64,000 nucleotides of DNA from NCBI GenBank assembly GCA_046303115.1, contig JBKCGZ010000207.1, positions 29-64,028 on the forward strand, written 5' to 3'. The translations under genes and the position numbers were made by a program. The first letter of the stretch is position 1. Every line of letters begins with the position of its first letter. Below the pieces are notes generated by a model. The model saw only the letters and a program-made list of their open reading frames with translations. It searched no databases and was not told the origin of the DNA. Source of the DNA: Bacteroidota bacterium. GTDB taxonomy: Bacteria > Bacteroidota > Bacteroidia > AKYH767-A > OLB10. This document shows positions 19,927 through 28,500 of the stretch, one piece after another.

Positions 19927-21231
19927 CTAATCAGCAGAATGAATAGGGACGGAAAAATAAAACCTACTACCTTCACCTAAACTAGATTCAACCTCGAGCT
20001 CTGAGTTTTGCTTTTTCAAAAACTCCTGTACTAATTGCAAGCCTAAGCCATGACCATTTTCATTGGCAGTTCCTGAAGTGGTGAATGTATTACCACTTTT
20101 AATATCGTTCATTTGCTTTTCAGTTAACCCCTTTCCAAAATCTTTTATACTGAATTCACATTTATTATTTTTATCTACTGCAGATATAATTAACTTACTC
20201 CCTACATCCGAAAATTTGATAGCGTTAGAAACAAGATTTCTCAAAATTGTTTCCATCAGATTTTTATCACATAAAATAAATTCAGTTGCAGGATTAAAAT
20301 TAAAATCCAATTCCAATTCAATTTTTTTAGTTGCACCTATTAAACTGATTAAGTCTGATAAATATTCTTTGAAATGTGCGATACTTATTTTATCGATGGT
20401 ACAATTGACTGATTCTGATTGCGACTTTGTCCAAGCTAATAAATCATCAATCATTGTTAATAGCTTAATAGATTTCTTTTTAATATCCCCTACAATTTCT
20501 TTTTGAAAGGCTGGATCAATTTCCTGATCAGAAAAAATATTCATTGCTGAATTCAATGCGATTATTGGTGATCGTAAATCGTGAGAGATTACTGACATCA
20601 TTTTTTCTCTTGTATAAATTACTGCGGTAAGCTGATCATTTTTTTTTCTGAGCTCAAAAGCTTGATTAACCAAACTTTTACGAATATGACCCATACTCAT
20701 ATTAGCAAAAAACAGTAATAGAATACAAAGTCCACAAACACCAATAATATTTACAAACTGATCTGCCTTAAGATGTTCTGCATCTAAGTGTATTGAACCA
20801 TAAGGCTGTTCAACTCTCGTTACTAATAATAACAAGATAACAATATTTCCTGAAATTACATATCCACTCATTTGTTGCTTTCCCTGAAAAATAATTAAAG
20901 TGGCTATAATCAAAGGGAAAAAATATAAAAACATTAATGACATTACACCTGCCAAGACAGCTAAAACCGTTATCGTTGCTAAAATATTTACGAGATTAAA
21001 TAATTTAGAAGCATAAACAAATCCTTTATTATAAATGAAGTATGAGGTTGACACTAATACAAGGGAAATAGCAGTAGCATAGGCTTGTTGAACATCGTTT
21101 AGATAAATATTAATAAAAGTATAAACTACACTATAAAAAGCAATTATTTTCATCATCCATACATGCATGATATTGGAATAATCCATTAATATATCATCTG
21201 AGGTGTTTTGCGTATTATCGGAAATGGCCAT
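19927..21231 (-). CDS. membrane sensor histidine kinase (orphan), paralog 2
   Basis: The architecture matches 18499..19782, and the H-box block MMSVISHDLRSPIIALNSAMN is identical in both. Confidence 0.8.
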   Translation of the reverse strand: MAISDNTQNTSDDILMDYSNIMHVWMMKIIAFYSVVYTFINIYLNDVQQAYATAISLVLVSTSYFIYNKGFVYASKLFNLVNILATITVLAVLAGVMSLMFLYFFPLIIATLIIFQGKQQMSGYVISGNIVILLLLVTRVEQPYGSIHLDAEHLKADQFVNIIGVCGLCILLLFFANMSMGHIRKSLVNQAFELRKKNDQLTAVIYTREKMMSVISHDLRSPIIALNSAMNIFSDQEIDPAFQKEIVGDIKKKSIKLLTMIDDLLAWTKSQSESVNCTIDKISIAHFKEYLSDLISLIGATKKIELELDFNFNPATEFILCDKNLMETILRNLVSNAIKFSDVGSKLIISAVDKNNKCEFSIKDFGKGLTEKQMNDIKSGNTFTTSGTANENGHGLGLQLVQEFLKKQNSELEVESSLGEGSRFYFSVPIHSAD

Positions 21232-21273
21232 AAAAGAAAAATGCTTTGTTTATTTTGGTAAAGCAAAGCATTT
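21229..21273 (-). terminator. hairpin terminator/attenuator between the PLP-enzyme gene and histidine kinase 2
   Basis: A perfect 10-bp stem aaatgctttg/caaagcattt with a 15-nt loop is followed on the minus strand by tttcttttatg, which runs into the kinase ATG. Confidence 0.5.
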
Positions 21274-21323
21274 AAATCGGTAATAGCAAGTTTCAACGAG
21301 TTATTCGGTCATTTATTTGCCAT

Positions 21324-22475
21324 TTAACCGATCGCTTGTGTTAAATCAGCAATTAAATCATCAATATGTTCAATTCCTACACTTAAACGTATTAATCCAT
21401 CCGTAACCCCAGCCTTTTCTCTTTCTTCCTTCGGAATAGATGCATGTGTCATAGTTGCTGGATGATTCAAGAGTGATTCAACTCCTCCTAACGACTCTGC
21501 AAGAGAGAATACGCGCACTTTAGAAGCCATTGCAAAGGTTTCTTCTAATGTTGCATCTTTTAGCGTGAATGAAATCATTCCACCAAAGCGTTTCATCTGA
21601 TTTTTAGCGATATCATGATTAGGGTGATCAGGGAATCCTGGCCAGTATACTTTATCCACTTTCGGGTGATTGCGTAAAAAGTTGGCGATTACTTCTCCAT
21701 TATCGCAGTGGCGATCCATTCTTACATGCAATGTTTTTATTCCACGCAAGACCAAAAAGCTATCCATCGGTCCTGGCGTTGCCCCACAAGAATTATGGAT
21801 AAAAGCGAGGCGATCAAATAAAACTTTATCATTTGTACAGATAGCACCCATCACCACATCGCTGTGTCCGCCTAAATATTTAGTTACCGAATGCATTACA
21901 ATAGTAGCACCCATCTCTAACGGATTTTGCAAATAAGGAGAGGCAAATGTATTATCAACTACTAAAATTAAATTGTTATCCTTAGCAATTGTAGCACACT
22001 TTCGGATATCTATGATTTGCATAGTTGGATTCGTTGGTGTTTCTACCCAAATCATTTTTGTATTTGCATTGATATGATTTTTTATCGCATCCGCATCATA
22101 CATATTCACAAAATGAAATTTGATTCCCAGTGGTTCAAATATCTTCGTGAACATACGATAACTTCCACCATATAAATCATTCGTAGCAATCACTTCATCA
22201 CCTGGCAACAATAATTTTATAATTGCATCAGAAGCTCCTTGTCCGCTGCTAAAACATAATCCATAACTTGCGTTCTCCAATGCTGCAATACATTGCTCTA
22301 GTGCAGTACGCGTAGGATTTTTACCTCTTGCATAGGCATAACCTTTATGTACACCTGGTGATTCCTGTACATAAGTAGAAGTTTGATAAATAGGCGTCAT
22401 GATTGCACCCGTTGTAGGGTCAGGTTCTTGTCCTGCATGTATCGCTTTGGTTGCAAATTTTGAATTCTGATTCAT
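21324..22475 (-). CDS. trans-sulfuration PLP enzyme (cystathionine gamma-synthase / beta- or gamma-lyase family)
   Basis: Cys/Met-metabolism PLP family signature with the PLP-lysine motif HSVTKYLGGHSD. Length is 383 aa. Confidence 0.9.
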   Translation of the reverse strand: MNQNSKFATKAIHAGQEPDPTTGAIMTPIYQTSTYVQESPGVHKGYAYARGKNPTRTALEQCIAALENASYGLCFSSGQGASDAIIKLLLPGDEVIATNDLYGGSYRMFTKIFEPLGIKFHFVNMYDADAIKNHINANTKMIWVETPTNPTMQIIDIRKCATIAKDNNLILVVDNTFASPYLQNPLEMGATIVMHSVTKYLGGHSDVVMGAICTNDKVLFDRLAFIHNSCGATPGPMDSFLVLRGIKTLHVRMDRHCDNGEVIANFLRNHPKVDKVYWPGFPDHPNHDIAKNQMKRFGGMISFTLKDATLEETFAMASKVRVFSLAESLGGVESLLNHPATMTHASIPKEEREKAGVTDGLIRLSVGIEHIDDLIADLTQAIG

Positions 22476-22514
22476 TGCTTAATTTATGTGCTGTAAAAGT
22501 ATAGTATTCCTCTG

Positions 22515-22553
22515 AAAACAAAAAAGGCGAGAGATTTTATCCTTCGCCTTTTT
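22515..22553 (-). terminator. rho-independent terminator of the 2762-aa protein gene
   Basis: The hairpin aaggcgaagg...ctctcgcctt is followed by ttttttgtttt on the minus strand. Confidence 0.65.
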
Positions 22554-22574
22554 AATATTACAATTCGTATTATT

Positions 22575-25500
22575 TTATGGATGCATTGACATCACAAAGT
22601 TTACGTTGTTAAATTCAAATACTGGATAATCGTATGGGTCAACATATCCATCTCCATTTATATCTGTACTTAAATATCCCAGTGCAAATGTCACATTGTC
22701 GAGTTCAAATGATGGATAATCATATGGGTCTACAAACTCATCTTGGTTAAAATCACCTGAATACATCGCAAATACTCCTGTCTCAACTTCAATCATGTTA
22801 CCTCCGTAGGCTTGCGTTGCAGCAGTTGTAAAGTCGTAAGTTGTGGTTGTTCCAAATGTTATTGCTGATGCACTCCATGTGTTAATTGTATTTCTATGTC
22901 GCAACGAAACATAGTAACTATTGCCAATTACACTTCCTGATAAGCTCAACGAAATTGTTCCGTCAGTTAAAATTACACCACTTGTTGAAGCTACTAATGT
23001 TGCACCTGTTGATCCGTCGTATAACTCAACTGTGATAGTATCCACTTCGTTTGTATTTAAACTTAACCCTTGATTTGCTAATACAGAATTCATTAGTCCA
23101 CTTCCTGCATAGAATCCTTGCATATATGCCTTTAAATTTAGCGTTGCATTCGTCAATACAGTAAAGCTTGATGCAGAAGCAGCACTACATGATCCTTTAA
23201 CAACTGTTATTGCACCTGTTGTTGATCCAGTTGGAATAGTCGCTGTAATCTGACCATCATTATCAATTGTATAGGTAGTTGCATTCACTCCATTAAACTG
23301 AACTGATGTCACTCCCGTAAATCCAGAACCGCTAATTACTACTGCCGATCCAATTGTACCCGATGTTGGACTAACTCCAGATACACTAACGTTTACAATA
23401 GTTAAGTTTAACTGATAATCCTGACAATTTGAATTGTAAGAATACGTTCCTGATTGCGTATATACCTGTCCGTTAGCTGACCATGTATAACTTCCACATG
23501 ATGTTTCTGTAGTTTCAATTGTTGCAGCAGGTGATCCTGTTACATCCCACTGACATGTTGTTGTATTGAATGTTGCAGTCTGATAACATGCTAATGTTGG
23601 TACTGATGGTTGAGTTCCTGTAACATCCCAAGCACAAGTTGAAGTATTGAACGATGCTGTCTCATAACATGCTAATGTTGGCATTGCTGGTTGTGCTGGT
23701 TGTGTAATTGTATATGTTGCTGTTTGCGTACATCCTGTAGCGTTAGTAACAGTGACTGTGTAAGTGCCAGCAGGAACATTAACATCTTGCGTGGTTGCTC
23801 CGTTACTCCATAAATAAGTGGTACTATTTACAACACCAACACTTGATGTGCTATTGGTAAATGAAGTTGCATCCGTTGCCCAAGTACGAGGAGTTGTAAA
23901 CTGTCCTGATTGATAGTTAAATACTCCGGTTGCATAAAATGCTTTCCCTTGCGTAGGATTTGAAGGAATGAAATAGCTAGTTGATTGCAAATAACCGCCA
24001 TTGTATTTATCATTTACTGGCAATGTATATCCAGCAGTTCCACTACTCACGATTGCATTACCTAATGCAGTACCATAAAATATTGCATCCACTGGGACAG
24101 TTGTATTTGTAATTGAAGCAGCATCTACATTGAATACAGCAACTGCATCAGCACTTGTAGTTCCATTTCCTAAAACACCACCACTTGCCAAATTACCAAA
24201 TGCATCTCCTGCAACAGTGCCGGTGCTAATTACTCGAAGCTTTGTTCCTGTTGGGGTCATTAATGATCCACCAACATAAACTACATCTCCTTTTTGAACA
24301 GAGCCACTATTAATATTAAAGCCGTATGTAATTCCTGCTCCAGCTTTCCAGCCGTTTACAGTAGCAGTACCATTATTTGCAAATACAACTGAGAAAGGAG
24401 TAACACTAAAATCAATAGATCGTGTTGCAATTAATTCAACCCACTCATTGCTATTATCTGTTCCTGTTGGATCAGGCATTAATTCAGAAATTAATAAACC
24501 TGGATCACCAGTCGCATTACCAGCAATATCAGCAGAAGAAGAAATATCGATTGAACCATTTAATCCATAACATAATGCGTTGTTTACAGCGTTTGCTGTA
24601 ATAGTTATTTCGGAAGGTTCTGTAATCGTTACCGAATTAGAAGCTGTACATCCATTTGCATCTGTTACTGTAACATCGTATGTTCCAATTACTAGATTAG
24701 AAAGATCTTCTGATGTAGCTGTATTTGACCATACAAAAGAATAAGGACTAGTTCCACCTGAAACAGTTAAATCAATTGCACCATTTGAATACCCAAAACA
24801 CGTAGCATTTGTAGATGTTGTAGTAGAAGATAAAATACCAGAAGGTTCAGTAATAGTAATCGTTAATGAATCTTTACATCCACCATTTTCCGTTACAACT
24901 ACTTTGTATGTTCCTGCAACAAGAGCTGAAACATCTTCTGTTGTTGCTCCATTCGACCAAACAATAGAATATGGCGCAACTCCGCCTGTAATAGTTAAGT
25001 TAATTGAACCAGTCGCATCATTTTTACACAATACATTTGTCGTCGATGCTGATAATGTTGGAGGAGTACAAGAACAATCGTTTAGTACTACAGTTGTACT
25101 TGCTGTTTCTGTACATCCGTTAGCATAAGTAATTACAACAGAATAAACCTGTGCACCTGCCTCACTTAATAAATAAGATGTAGTTGGAGCCGTTGCAATT
25201 TGATCTGTAGATGAATAACTATATGGTCCAGACCATGCATAAGACACTCCTGAACTTGCAGTAAGCGTAATATCACTGCCAATACAAATAGGTCCGTTAT
25301 TGCTTGCTGTAGGATTATTAGATGAAGGTTGCGAAATTGTAACTCCACTCGTTAATGAACATCCATTACCATCTGTTACAGTTACAGTATAAGTGCCAGC
25401 TGCAAGAGCAGATTGTGTATCAGTTGTACTACCTGCAGACCATAAATAATTAATTGTGCTATTTGAACTTGTCGCTAACGCTGTTGCATATCCGTCGGAA

Positions 25501-28500
25501 GAACCAAAGCAATTTGCATTTGTTCCAGTGACAGAAATAGTATTCATTGTTGTTAAATCAGCATCTGCATTTGTTAATGATACTAGTCCGCGACGTACTA
25601 GATTTGTTGTATTTGCGCCTGATGACCAGATACCATCTGCATCTGTAATTGAATTAATTAAATTATTTTGTAAATCTCTTGTTTCAATACGCTTAACACC
25701 ATTCGTGCTTAATGCTGCTACTGGAATAACAGCTGCAAATGTTCCAGGGTTCGAAATGTTTCTGTAAATAGAATCAACAGAGGTAGGAAACTCAGAGTTG
25801 GTAATCTGTGTTGCAGTTGAAGTTACTGCTTGAAATGCATAAAGCGGATTTCCTGTTCCAGCTGTATTATCATATACTAATACTAGTTTACCACCCATAC
25901 AAGAATTTAAGTTTCCTGTAACGAATGCTCCATCATCAGCAGTGTTTGCAGACAATGCCGCTGTTGCGATATCTAATGAAGTAATAGTGTTAGTAGAACT
26001 AAAATTAGGACTTGTGATTGCACCAAAAGCAGTATTACTATATGCAATTCTTAAGTTATGGACTTGTCCTGCACCAAAGCGAGAAGAGTTACCACTTGGT
26101 TGCATGTAAATCCAAACCGGACCACTACTACCGCTTGCATTTGTGGTAAAAGCATTACTGATATTTAATCCGTAAGCTGAACCATTCCATACACCACCAG
26201 CACCCATTGAAGTCGCTAAATCTGTTGTTGCAGCTAATCCTGCAGCTAAATTATAAATAGTATTTGGCAATAAATTATCCAACTGAATACAGAACGCAAC
26301 TGGTGTTCTTGCATTATTTACTGCAGAGCCCGTTTTTGATCCCATGTATTTAGGAATCACTAATTCCGTCATTGTAGGCGTTGGTGTAATAATTAAATTA
26401 GAACTAAATGCTGCAGGTAAACTTCCAGCATTTGCTTGTAAAATATAAGTTCCAGGAGCAGAAAACTGAATACCACTAAATGTTGCAACTCCATTAACGA
26501 AGTTTGCGGTAAGGGTACCCGTTATACTTCCCGAAGGACCTGAAGAAACAGTGATTGTTGCTGTTCCGTTATAATAAATATCAGTAGTATAATCTGCTCT
26601 ATATGCAGTTACATCAAAGTTTGGAATGACCGTATTAATTGGAACACCCGGAGTAAGATTTGAAATTGCTAATGAAGTAGCGACTCCATATACATCAAAA
26701 TAGTTTGAATATGCAGAACCTAATAATTCACCCGCTGTTGCATCAGCCAGAATTTGAGCTCCATAATCTGGAACATCATATAATACCCCTGTAATAGTAA
26801 CCTGATTAGTACCAACAGCAATTGTTCCTGATGTTGTACCTCCTAAAACACCTATACCAGAAAATAAGGTTAAGTCAATTGTTGTAGCGGTTGAAACATT
26901 TTGCGGACTATTATTATTATCCTGCGCTTGAATGGTAATCGAAAACGGAGTATTTTCTAAAATAGGATTCCCATTATTTAAATTAGTTACAACAATTTTT
27001 GTTGGAGCTTGTGGCGCAGATGTAATTTGAGAGTTAGGATTTTGAGTTGCAGTTGCAATACTATATTTAGTAGCCGCTCCAGCACCATTATATCCATAAA
27101 CACGGAAATAGTAACTAGTAGAAGCTGTTAATCCACTTACATTTACTGTTGATCCACTTCCATTATAAATTATTTGTTCTCCAACTCCTGAATAAACATT
27201 ATTCGCAGTGTAAGTATTACCATCAACTGGATTTGTAAAGCTATTTGATGTATTCATTACAACAATACGAGATGTAGCATCACCATTTGTCCAGTTAACA
27301 TCCGTTGATGTTGTTAAAGTATTTGAAAAAGTAATCAAGCTATCCTGTGCCAACGGTGTTGAAGGTCCTTCAGCAACGAATGTTAAACTATCAATTGCTA
27401 AACCGTCATCTGTTCCTGTTTCATCTACGTCATTCCAACGAATTGTTAATGTTTGACCTGGCATCCAGTTATTATCTAAATTAAATGTTGCAGTTATAAC
27501 GGTACGGTTAGCCGCTGCATTTCCATCTAGTGCAACAGCAGTTCCTGATACTGGTGTTGGTGTAGAGAAATCTAATGATGGTACAACTGTAAAACCTGCA
27601 CCTTTTATTGAGTTTTCTCCAACCTTGTACGAGAACAACATTTTGTTGAAGCTTCCACTTCCACCACGTCTCCAGTTTTCACCAACGTATGTGATGGTAA
27701 CTTTATTAAGAGGACCAGTCGAGTTATTCACGAGCACAGCCCCTACAGAACCTAAGTAAGAACTACTCGCCAAACATCCAATTGCACGATCAGTAGCACT
27801 TGTACTTCCATAGTTATAATTTGAACCTCCATTTCCTGCACCTGCATCAGTACTCAGTTTTACATCAACACCTGTTATTGCTGCAATCTGCCATCCTGTT
27901 GTACCAGATGCATTAATTGGAGCGGATGTTAAATAATAAGGACCTTGACCAAATCCGCTGGTTGCGAAGATGCCTGTTGAAGGTAATGTATTAAAATCCT
28001 GGAAGTATGCTCCACTTGTATAGGAAATATAAGAAGGAGAAACTGCTGATGCTGAAGCACCAGTGTTTCTATAGTTTAGGGTTGATCCACTACCGTTATA
28101 TTCAAAAACTGTCACATTAAAGTTTGAACCTGCAGGGAATCCTGTGATTTTTGCGGAAGTAGCATTACCTTGATATACTAATTTATTTCCTCCACCTAAA
28201 TCGAATGCTGTGTTTAAATCAAGACTAGCACCTGAATAAGTTGTTGCATCTAAGGGCGTGAAACTAACAGCTCCAGTTGTATTAACCACAACAATTCTAT
28301 TAGCACCACTACCACCTGTAAAGTTTACATATGCAGTGTCAGATGTGATTCTTGTTATTGAAACAAGTGACGATGTAGTTGGTTCTGCAACCAAAGTACC
28401 TGCTGAAGTAGTTCCAGGTGCGGTTTGTAAATAATTTACCGTGCTTGCTGAACCATTATAATCATAAACAGCAAAGTAATAAGTTGTATTAGCTGTCAAG

